Of a stretch of DNA of 64,000 nt, positions 53,087 through 63,661 are shown in pieces. This stretch comes from Bilabrum cf. latius (taxonomy: Eukaryota): positions 2,046,001 through 2,110,000 of the forward strand of contig OZ237735.1 in assembly GCA_965178125.1 (NCBI GenBank). The letters are read 5' to 3'. Each line of letters begins with the position of its first letter. Within the stretch, counting starts at the first letter, position 1. The notes beneath the pieces are model-generated. The model saw only the letters and a list, made by a program, of their open reading frames with translations. It was not told the DNA's origin and did not search any database. A program made the position numbers and the translations under genes.

Positions 53087-55765
53087 ATGTCAGGAATCGC
53101 CTCGTCTGCTGAAGGCGCGTTAAATCCTGATGCGCTTGGTGTTCGAGCAGTTGATAGAGAATTTACATTTCGCACGACGCTGCCTCGCCACTTCATTGGG
53201 GCATCAACACGCGCAGCAGAGCCTCGTGCTGGCTCCAAAGAATCGCTGCCAGGCAGCGACGAGGCCAAAGTGGCTTAGATCCGACCCCCGGCTGATTTTC
53301 GCGGAATCTCAATCAATGGAGAAGCCGAGCTGGCGCAATTTGACAAGATGCTGTCCGCGTCCAGCTCCGAGACGGTTCGTTTGTCGTCATCGCTTGTGTC
53401 TCCTCGGGTCCTTCGCTCCATCGCCGCAAACGCAAGCTCGGACGGCATCCTGTCGCTGGACTTGTCCAATGCGACCATTTCAGTTGCTGCTGCAAATCCT
53501 GGCTCGGCGCTGTCTACAGCGGAAGCAGAGCTTGCCGCAGCAGTAGGGGGTCTCTCCCGGTTGCGACGTCTCAACCTGGATCGCGTGAGAGTTGCGATCC
53601 GCCGTGGCGACCTCGACAGCGAAGACGCCAGCCCTTAGGATGCCGCACGCTTGCCTTCTCACTCAGCAGGGCCAGCAGCTACACCCCCCCTACGTCTGCT
53701 AGAAGCGCTTGGCAGGCCACTTGGCAGCCTGGCGTCGATCAGCATGCGGGGCCAGAGGAGCATGGCGAGCGATGCGGCGTGGGCGCAGGTGCTCAGATCC
53801 GCGGCCGTGCGAGCAGGCGCTTCGGTTGAGGCGAGCAGTGGTGCCAAGCGAGCGGGCGGGTGGAGCCCCATGGCCAGAGGATCAGGCAGAAGCGGCGCTG
53901 CTGGCGGCAGTAGTATGGAGGGTGACGGGCAAGGGGCTGGGGAGGGCTAGGGGCAGCACTCCTCACCAGAAGAGGCTGCGTCCATCGGTGCGGACGAAGA
54001 GGTGACTCGGCTGGCTCGGCTTGCACGGCTTGTGCTAGTATCGCCAGACGCAGCCGATGGAGGGGCGCCAGACCGCAGGGGAGACGTCAGTGGTGGTGAG
54101 GCTAGGGCTGGGGCTGGGGATGGCCCCTTGGCAGCAGCGGATGGTGCTCCTAGGCTGCGAGAGGGGGCGGAAACGGTGCGATGGGTGGAGCTAGATCTGA
54201 GTGACGTCAGCGGGTCGCGATACCGCGACCCGGAGCAGGTCGCCGCGGCGGCCCAGGAGGCCGTCGGAACGTTCGCTGGTGCGATAGATAAGGCCCGGAA
54301 GCTAGACACGAGGCGTCGGAACGCAGCTGACAGGCAGCGCGCCCGCGCCCTGGCGGCAGCGGGCAAGAAGGAGTCCGACTCGAACGGCAAGGGGGGCAAG
54401 AAGGGGGCCAAGGCAGCGGCAGCCAAAGCCAAGGAGGGTGCAAAGGGCAAGAAGAAGGGAGCCAAGAAGAAGGCATCGGAAATACAGCCACCACCCGAGC
54501 CACCCATGGCACCGGAACCGCTGTCGGATGAGGTTGCTGCCTCAGCGGCCGCGGCTGCCGCTGCCGGGGTCCTGGGTTCGAACCCCGCTACGACGTCCGC
54601 GCATCGTTTCCGCACGGACGGACTCACCGATTTAGGGCTCCGAATGATCGGCCTGCTGTGCCCCTTCCTGCAGCGGTTGAGCCTGAAGATGTGCGAGCCA
54701 CCCGTTGTCCCGCTCGTCACACCTGTTTTCGGCGCCACGGATACTAGCAGCGCGGGCGCATCCGGAGACGGCGGTTCGGCATCGGAGTCCAATGTGGGTA
54801 CAATCGGCGGCAAGTGTGACGAGTGGTCTTCGTCGGCCCTGGATCTACCGGACGAAGAAGACCTCGTGGTTGGTGCTCGAACGGCTTCCCTGCGCGCCAT
54901 CGAGGCAGCAAGAGCCAGGGCGGGCAAGAGTGGCAAGAAGGGGAAAGGGGGCGCCAAGGGCAAGTCCGGAGGGTCAGGAGCTGGTGGGGGGAAGAAGGGC
55001 AAGAAGAAGGGGGAAGGGCCAGCCACAGCGGCGCCGCAATCCAGACGACTCGGCCCTGGCTTTGCGGAACTTCTGGCGAGGGCTGAAGGCGCCGCGCGAC
55101 GAGTTCCGCTACGAGCCCCGCTCAGCGGCCGGGGGTTGGGCATGCTGCTCGAGGGGCCGTGCTCCTCGACGCTGCAGGAGCTGGATCTTGGGGGGTGCTT
55201 CTGGGTGGGCAAAGAGGCGCTTTCGGCTGTCGGTAGCAGGTGCAGCGCATTGCAACGGCTGCGTCTGGCCGGTTGCGCGGGTGTGGACGACGGGGCGCTC
55301 CTGGCTCTCTGCGGGAACCTTCACGCGGGCCTGTCGCAGAGCCTCCTGGAGCTCGACCTGACTAGGACGAGGTGCAGTGCCAGCGGGGTGCGGGCGGTGG
55401 TTGGTAGGCTGCACGGGCTCCAGCGGATCGTCCTGATTGGTTGCGACCGGGTTGACCCCGCCGAGACCATCGCTCTTGCCAGGGGCCTGCCACCCAGTGT
55501 GCAGGTGGTGTGGAGGCCCGCGGGAGCAGCAGCAGTGGCGGGTCCTCGCGCGCTGGCGGGCGATGCTGTGGGTGCCCTCGAGGATATTGCTTCACATAAT
55601 GGGGGTGCGGACGGTGGAAGGGCGGGGTCTGCGACGTTTGCCACGGTGAGGGCTCAGTACGTGGAGGGGTTCAAGGCACCGGCCGCCGGCGAGCGGTTCG
55701 AGGACACGCTGGCCGAGCATCTTAGGACGCAGGGCAAAGCTGCCAAGAAGAAGAAAAAGAAATGA
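53087..55765 (+). CDS. Leucine-rich-repeat protein (RNI-like/FBXL-type LRRs), 892 aa with three internal TAGs (53276, 53636, 53948)
   Basis: ORFs 53087, 53348, 53651 and 54002 are one frame joined by TAGs and end in TGA. LRR motifs ILSLDLSNA, LRRLNLDRV, LQRLSLKMC, LQELDLGGCFWV, LQRLRLAGCAGVDD, LLELDLTRTRCS, LQRIVLIGCDRV; Lys/Gly-rich insertions; C-terminal KKKKKK. Confidence 0.8.
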
Positions 55766-55845
55766 AAGCGCGAGGCGGATGTGGCCCGTTGGAGCCTCGG
55801 CGGTTCACTGGGGCTCCGCCTTGCAACATGAACGCACGTATCGTT

Positions 55846-56262
55846 TCAACTCATCAGACCCATCCAACACAACTGCGCATTCTGGCATATCCTATCAAAC
55901 GACTCCCCTTTCAAAAAGTCATCCACCATTTCATCCCGCTGAGAAGCCATGACACCGCATCCCTCATGAAAGACAGGCGGTGCAACAGCACAGAAGTCAT
56001 CGAAAGCCGATGACACCTCGGCTGCAGTTGGCTGAACTGCTGATGCTGCAGCAGAAACCTATCTCCAAACTAATTCACACGCGTAACAGCCTTCCTTGTC
56101 CGCTGCAGAGCCTCCAACCAACCCCGATTGCAACGCTGCTTTCCGTGCTGTTGACGACAACTTTGCGGCCTCTGCACCATCTACGAAACGTTCTTCCTCT
56201 GTTCCAAGCACTACAGTCATAATTAAAACGGATACGCTCAGAAATAACGATATCATTTGCAT
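55846..56262 (-). CDS. Secreted saposin-B-type (SAPLIP) protein, 138 aa, one internal TAG (56059)
   Basis: Signal-peptide-like MQMISLFLSVSVLIMTVVLG. Reading through TAG gives CYACELVWR*VS...FDDFCAVAPPVFHEGCGVM...MVDDFLKGESFDRICQNAQLCW, the six-Cys saposin spacing; ends TGA at 55846-55848. Confidence 0.8.
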
Positions 56263-56927
56263 GCTAAGGCGTTGCAAGTCGGTGGAGCCAGTTCTGCTGG
56301 TTTACATGTCTTCATCTTCCTAAATTGCACACCCCTCCTGCCCCATCCATGGATCCGCTGGTATCGCTGCAATAACTGTCAAACTAGGCGCAAATGTGCG
56401 ACCCAGTGGCCAAACGAATTGAGATTCGGAGTAGCCTGTACCTCATTAGTCTACTGAAGGGCATTTGAGCAATGATACTGGCTGCTAGCCGACGGCCACG
56501 CGCACATGCCGCGCAGAGCTGGACTGCTGGCCCAGAGCTGGGCAGCTTCAGAGCCAGGGACAGGCCAATGGTTAAAGTCAAAAACCAAGTCTCTGCGGCC
56601 CCCTATCTTCACTAGGGCTCCTAGATGCTGCTGAGCTCTGCCAACGTTTCTGGTAGACCTCACCAAGAGGGTGGCAACCCAAAATCGGCCGGGCACTTTT
56701 GGGGGTTATAACCACGCGCTACAAGCAAAAATCTGGTTTGTTGCCGATACGATTGCACTTCCTGCCTGTCCAGCCCACATAGAGTGTGTGCGCGACTACT
56801 GCGCGCAAGAATCATGCATTCAGTACTTCGAAGCTCCCGTCGTGTTGCCAATAGTGCCATCTCTTTCCGAGGTCTGGCCCGAAGACCGGCGTGGTCCGCC
56901 GGCGCAAGAGCAAGTGCCACAAGGCAG

Positions 56928-58688
56928 ATGTCTATATTTGACGCGTTTCTCGGAAGATCAAATGCGGGTGAAAGCCTGGAGCTGACGGCCAATGAGCTCG
57001 CCAACAGCGTTTAGAAATTGCACCATAAGGTGCTGGCTCCACTGAATGACCGATGCCTCGGACCGCTTGAGAAAAGCAGCCACGAGATGCTCACACGGCC
57101 CATGGTGTTCGTGCTAGGCAACCATAGCAGCGGGAAGTCGACATTCATCAACTACGTAACCGGGCGAAAGGTTTAGGCCACCGGGGTAGCCCCCACAGAC
57201 GATGGTTTCACCATTATTGCGCCTGGGCAGGAGGATGCCGATCAGGATGGCCCCGCGCTCGTAGGCGACCCTGACCTTGGATTCGGAGGGCTGAGGGTGT
57301 TTGGCAGAGAACTTATCAACCATGTGAACCTGAAAGTCCGCACTGGCCTGCACCTCAGGGACATCATGGTGGTGGACAGCCCCGGCATGATCGATAGCCC
57401 AATGTCCGTCCAGGGCCTGTCCTAGCACGGGGCAGGTGGCCACGGCGGGACGGGAGGCGGCACGAGCAGCTCCGGTCATTACGACTACGGAATGGACCCC
57501 GCAGGGTCGAGCCTGGGAGGGGCGGCGGCCGAAGAGCGCTACTCTGGGATCCGGACCAACGCCAGCCCGCGGGACCGGGGCTACAATTTCCCGGGCGTGG
57601 TTCGGTGGTTCGCCGAGCGAGCCGACGTGGTGCTCCTGTTTTTCGACCCTGATAAGCCCGGTACGACTGGCGAGACGCTGGCATGCATGCGGGCCGGTCT
57701 CGCTGGGATGGAGCACAAGGTGGCCTTCGTGCTCAACAAGGCGGACCAGTTCGAGAAGGTCCACGACTTCGCGAGGGCGTACGGGTCCCTGTGCTGGAAC
57801 CTGTCCAAGGTGATTCCCAGAAAGGATCTGCCGCTCATCTACACCATGTGTGTGCCCGTGGACTCGAGGGGGGAGGCGAGGATCGGCAAGCTGGCGGACG
57901 AGGACGAGGAGTCAAAGGGCGGGGTGTACGTACCCGGCGAGGGCGGCGCGGACGACGAGTCGAGGGGCCTGCGGGGCCTGCGCAACGCGATGGACGACCT
58001 GGCCGCCAACCGCAAGGACATCATCCAGAGCGTCAGGAAGGCGCCCATGCGGCGAGTGGACAACCTCATCACCCGGCTCTACGACAACACGAGGATGCTC
58101 AGGATGCACGCCCAGATGGTGGAGGCCTTGCGATCGGACGTTCGGTCCAGGCTGTTGCAGTGGGCCTCGGGGGGCGCAGCCGTGGCTGGTTTGTTGGGTG
58201 TACTTTCTGGTTTTTAGCTTTTCGTGGGCTCCTGGGAGACGGGGGCTCCCATGGGCTTGGCTGCGGCCGTGGCCGTGGGTGCCACCTACTGGACATCGCA
58301 GCGGGCCCTTGAGCAGCATCGGAGGTACCTGGTGGAGGGCGGCGCCGCGGGGCTGGAGGCTATGTTCCGCAAGCAGCACTTCATGCAGCTGGCTGAGCGC
58401 GACGATTTCGTGGTGAGTCTGTGGGAGAGGGTGCGGCCGCAGCTTCTCGCGACAATCCGCACGTTCGGCTTGCTTGGGCTGCCCTCCGTGAGTGCGTCGG
58501 AGCTGCACGAGCTGGACAGGATCGCGGGCGAGGAGGTGACCCGGCTGAGGCGAGCTGCCAGCAAGGCAGCAGCCATGGCCGTCAAGGCGGAAGAGGAAAG
58601 CGTTGCTAGGGAGAGCGAGGAAGCCCGGGGGGGCGATCCCCTTGGCGTGGGCAGCGGCACAGCCGACAGCGATGAGCGAAGAAGATGA
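56928..58688 (+). CDS. EHD/sarcalumenin-related dynamin-superfamily P-loop NTPase with predicted C-terminal membrane hairpin, 586 aa, four internal TAGs (57012, 57174, 57423, 58215)
   Basis: G1 GNHSSGKS, G2 region V*ATGVAPTDDGF, G3 DSPGMID, RGYNFPGVVRWFAERADVVLLFFDPDK, G4 LNKAD, RAYGSLCWNLSKVI; two hydrophobic segments near 58150-58290; ends TGA. Confidence 0.88.
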
Positions 58689-58732
58689 CACGCGCGCGCT
58701 GTACACGTTTGCATAGAACAATATTCGGGTTG

Positions 58733-59425
58733 TCATTTCGATTCTTTGCTTCCGAGGCCGAGGGCCGCATCGACGAATCCTGGGGTGACCACTGCTGGTG
58801 ACTTGCCGCCTGTCGCTGCCTTTACCTTGGCATACACGTCCGGCTCCATGCTGGTGATAGAGCTCTAATATCGCTCGACCTGAATGAGCTTAAACTCTTT
58901 CTCCTCGAGTTTGCGACCGAGCCCTGCCTTGCGAGCAAGCGACTGGACCGCCTGAGCCTTCGTCCAGCCCTGCTCGGGCATCACCTGCGGCAAGTATGTC
59001 GCAGAGAGCGATCGCCTAAGGCCGAATTTGCTTGCTGGTAGCACAATCGTGATGCCGTGAGTGCCCACATCCCAGTCGTCCCACGCTTCCGCAGTTTCGA
59101 ACGCAACGAGAATGGACACCTTGATGCGGCAGGCTTTGAGCTCGCTCGGGGACATGGGATCGAAGCGTCTGTCTTCTAAAGCAGACTTTTTTACATAGTC
59201 GCCCAGGTGCTCAGTAGACGAGGTTCCCAATGTTCCGATACAGCCTCGCAGCTGCCAAGCACCCTTTTGAAGCTTCTCGATTGTAACAAATAGACCTCGC
59301 ACCGGCGCGATAAGCTCATCAGCTAGCTTTGAAGATGATGATCCAGTCAGAATTGATTCTAAATACGCCATGCAATAGAATGCAAGGTCAGCATTGGCAA
59401 GGAGGGGCGGCGCAACCGATGCCAT
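58733..59425 (-). CDS. AMMECR1: AMMECR1-family protein, 230 aa, one internal TAG (58865)
   Basis: Family motifs GLFVT, LRGCIGT, SALEDRRFDP, DDWDVGTHGITI, ATYLPQVMPEQGW, SLARKAG, then ERY*SS; the frame continues to TGA at 58733-58735. Confidence 0.9.
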
Positions 59426-60166
59426 TGGCGTCAATCCGGACAATGGTCACCCCGCAGCTCGCGTACCAAATACAGCTAGTCAGATGAGCAAATCTTTGCG
59501 CTTCACAACCTCTGCACGCCTCGCAACGATTGCGGCCGATGAAGCATGGCGATTGTTCCGCAATAATTCGCTGGCGGCAACCGCGCGGCGCCTCCATGTG
59601 CGTTCACCAGAAATCGTGCTCGCACCAGGCAACCCCGTCAGCCACTAGAAGGCTCTTACTATTCAGCGGTCTGGTGTAAGGTTGCATCTCTATTTTTGTG
59701 ACTCTTTTGCGGACTCGTTGCTGTACGTTGACCTCTTCGTGCAGTCTAGCACGGTCAACGCTGGCTTCGAGCATGCTTTCTGAAGAATGGGGAGAGCTGC
59801 TGGATATTGTGAACATTGAGGAGAGTCCACAGAGCAAGCAAAAAGCAACACTGCCAACCGGATCGATTGCTCAAGCATGGCGGCACACAAGTGAGGCACA
59901 GTCCGTTGCATCACGCAAAGATGTATAGTGATGGCACTGCGTATTTCCTCCACGCATGGCTTTAGGTTGCTCAGAAACTCCAATTATGGCTTGATGATCG
60001 CATAGAAGTATTGCATTTATATTTAATTGCACCTTTTACTGATCGTTTTTCTGCCGATTCTAGTCCGAAATCGGAGGGGAGCGCGTGTGTGGCGTGCCAA
60101 GCATGGTTGTGCTGGAGGTACTGAAACTAGTTTTTCGTTCTGCAAAAGCTTGAACTATACATTCCA

Positions 60167-63100
60167 ATGATTTCATTTGTTCTCATCGGGTCGCTCGCAG
60201 AATCAGATGCTCAGAGGCCACTCCAGACTGCAAGTGCCCCGGCAGCTGCAGAGAGCTCAGCACCTGACGATCCAACAAGCAGTCTAGCTCTGAGAACTCG
60301 TGGAATTGATCAGCAAACAGATGATCATGGCCATGCCAAGGAAATTATGCGTCCAGACTCTGCTGAACAGCGTGGTTCAATTGAAGCTGGCAAGCGATTC
60401 GATTCGAGCGAGCTGTCACATGTGCCAGAACCACCATAGAAGCTGTTCCAAGGAAAGAAACAACCTAAGGAACGAGATCACGACTACAGCACAGAAATTA
60501 ATACTCTGGGAAGCACCCAGGACGGCGGTGCATTCTCTGATGAGGGAGATGACGCAAAGGACCCATCGGCGTCGTCTGGTCGCCTTTGGGCAGATTTCGG
60601 CTTCGAAAAGGACCGGCGAGCAGGGATACCTGAGCTACGAATCTCAGCAGTGCAGCAAAATCTCGCTGTGTCGAAGCGAATCGGTGAGCTTTCCCCGCGG
60701 GGGTCCGCGCTCGAGCAGGCAGAGCTGCGACCAGCCGCGGCCTACTTCGAAGGGAAACAAGACAACAGCGGAGCTGACCGGGATGAAACTCAAGCTGAAG
60801 AACGTTCGGCAGAACTGGATCCGCTTTTGGATTCAAGTGCTCAAGGTTTGAAGCAACTTGAAGCGCGCGACGAACAGCACAAGTCGCCCGAGCAGCCGCA
60901 GCCGCAGCTGCAGCTGCAGCCAGCACGACGCCACAGAAGGCGCCGCGAGAGTAGCCGCCTCAAAGCCTCCAAGGAGCAAGCAGCACAGCTTGATGAGGAG
61001 CTTGACGGCAAAAGGCAGAACGATTCAGCTGCCTCAGGCAGGCAAGAGCATGCCGCGCCGACCTGGGACGCTCTAGTCTCGAATACGATGGCGGATCATG
61101 GATATGCTGGCAACGCCGATGCCCGGGCCATATCTGCCGGACCGGGGCATGAATATGACCTGTCAGAGATGCATGACCATCAGAGCGAAGCTGCAGGCAG
61201 CGGCGGTCGCTTCGAAGAAGTAGATGACATCGAGGCAATGGCAGCAATGCAGCAACAGTCGCGCGCATTGGGGGCGGCTCGGCGAAGCGGAATCATGGTG
61301 TCGCCCAGCCACATCCATTCGTACGGAGTGCCGAAGGAGCTGCAACATCAATCAATGCTTCAGCCCGGCACACCTGCAAGTGCAATCAGCAGCCTGGTGC
61401 TCCCCTTGCAGGCGCTGTCCATTCGCGGGCACCAGCCACCACTGGACGCAAGTGCGTTCGGCAAAAATAGCGAAGCCGTTGCGTCGATACCGGCCTACAA
61501 CCCGCAGTTAAGCCGAGGTTTGACTGCAGGATATCAGTCGACCGGTCTCGGCACCATGAATGGGGCATCAGCAGCGGCGGTCTCATTCATGCAGACATAG
61601 ACGGTCGAGTCGTCGCCGGTGACGACTGTGGACGGGGTGTACCCAGGCGTCTTCCCGTCAGGGAGCAGCGGCTCTAACAGCGACTAGATTCCAGTGCAGC
61701 GCGCTCCTCCGAAGGGGTTAGGTCTGGTGCCTCCGCTCTACTAGGAGCGGCCGCGCAGCAGCGCAGCCCTTGCAAACGTGGGCAGTGGACCGATCGCTAG
61801 TCTTGCAGCTCTTGCAGGCACCGGCCGTGCAACGAGCAGCGGTGCTCTGTTCGCTGCACAAGGAATCTTGTTAAGTACCAGCGCAGCTGCTCAGCCCTAC
61901 AACCTTCTGGACTAGCCTCACAGCCGGGCGTCGCACTCGCAGACCGCGTCGGAACCCCCGGTGTTCAGCAACTACAGGATCCGCAGCGCAACTTCTACGA
62001 GCCAGGCCCCGGCGGTGGCTCACCCGAACATCGCTGCGCTCCTCTCCAGCACAGCTCCGCCGACATCCAGCGCTGTGCCTCGCTCCTCCAGAGCACGGCA
62101 GGTTGCTTCGCCTAGCGATGCCAAGCGCAGCGTCCGCAAGCTGCCAAAGTACACCAGGGAATGCTTCGTGAGGCCGAAGATCAACGCGCATCCGGACGTG
62201 CCTGCGGATTATCTGAGCGATGATCGCCTGCTGAAGGGGTCTGGAAGGCTACATCCGCAACAAATATGCACCCTCAAGCACTGGATGGCGGACAGAGATC
62301 ACTGGGAGAAGCCGTACCCGACAGAGGCCGAGAAGCACGAGCTCAGTCGGAAATGCGATCTGAAGCTCACGCAGGTGTCCGACTGGTTCCGCAACGAACG
62401 CAAGCGGTTGTGGCTACCGCTGATGCGCCAGCTTGGCAAGATTCCCGCCAACGGCTCCCACCTCGCGATCATGGGGTCGGCGCGGAGGAGCAAGGGGTCT
62501 TCATCCTCTGGCTCCAGGTCTGGAGCTTCGAGGAAGCAGTCACGCAGCAGCGCGGCAGCCAGGCAAAAAGCGCTAGGAGCTGCTGCGTCCGAGTTTCCCA
62601 CTGCGTCAATGCATAGCCAGGGCCCAAGTATGGACATGGGGCAGAGCCAGGCACTCGCGGCCGCGCCCCAGTCCAGGGTCGGCAGGACCAGGACGAGGTC
62701 TGACGCAGCCTGTAAGCCCAAATTGGCCTTCACTCCAAGTAGTATCACCACGCGTACGGAGGCACTGGCCACGAAGTAGCGCAAGGCCAGGCCCAGGGCA
62801 GCAAGCACAGCTGCGCTGCATGCTAGCAGCACACGGCAAGTGGGAGCCGGTGGGTTCGGCATCGCAGGCACACTGCAGCCGCAGCCGACGCTACATTGCC
62901 CGGCGGCCAGTGACCCGATCATCAGTGGATCGAGCGTCCGCGCAGCGCAAGAGGCGCTGCTGATGGAGACTCCCGGCGGAAAACTTGCGGCAGGTCTGCA
63001 GCCGGGCGGCCTCTCGACTCCAACTCCCGGCGTCGCCGGGGGCACGACATCCGCCGGTGCACAGTCTTCCTCGTCGTCGTCGTCTTCCTCGTCTTCCACC

Positions 63101-63661
63101 ACGCCGCTGGCATCGTTCTCAAACGTTGCTGTACTCGCTGCCATGTACCCTGAGGGGCCTGCAGCGCGCTCGATGGCGGCAGCTCAGGCATCATCGAGCG
63201 GTGGCCCGGGTGCTTGGGCCGGAGGCATGCACCAATCGGCTGCCCGAAGCAGCAGCTCGACAGTGTCTGAGCCTAGGTCCAACCCGCAGCAAGACTCTGG
63301 TTCCTCGACGCCAGTTGGACGAGCTAGTACCAGCGATGACATCGGCCACGGTGGCACCTCGTCCCAGGCGGTGGGCTCTTCTGCAGGGCCTACCAGCCCC
63401 GCGGGAGACCACGACAAGAAAGGCGAATCAATCGGAACAGCAGTGGCGATGGCTCTCTCCAGCAAGCATTCTGCTGCATCGTCAAGGCGGTCATCAAGAG
63501 GATCTAAGCGGCCGAGGCCTCAAGAATTGTCCCAGGGTTCACAAGCAGGTGGTGACAAGGCTGGCACTGAGCCAAGGCGAACCAGCGTTCTGGCAGTGGA
63601 CCCGCGAGCAGGAAAGCGTTCACGAACTACATCTCTTGCTGCAACAGAGGCGGGCAACTGA
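60167..63661 (+). CDS. TALE-class homeodomain transcription factor, ~1,164 aa, six internal TAGs (60437, 61598, 61685, 61742, 61913, 62777); 5' end uncertain (possible upstream exon/intron)
   Basis: ORFs 60167, 60650, 61961 and 62840 are one frame interrupted only by TAG and end in TGA. Homeodomain at ~62234-62419: LKHWMADRDHWEKPYPTEAEKHELSRKCDLKLTQVSDWFRNERKRLW, with the TALE PYP motif. The rest is low-complexity. Confidence 0.82.

Noticed and set aside
59600-59990. Short ORFs between AMMECR1 and the homeobox gene
   Set aside because: No motif, non-ATG starts, and read-through of TAG 59690 hits TGA within nine codons; treated as intergenic.
60103-60214. Candidate first exon (ATG GTT GTG CTG GAG|GTACTG) and intron for the homeobox gene
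   Set aside because: The best-looking acceptor (CTCGCAG, 60200) is out of phase with this donor; only a weaker one at 60214 fits, so the model is not asserted.
2-63661. TAG as pyrrolysine, Trp (A-to-I editing) or Leu
   Set aside because: Diagnostic contexts match Gln; no pyl genes are present in the window; TAGs do not occupy the conserved Trp positions of FN3, PA14 or EVQ repeats.
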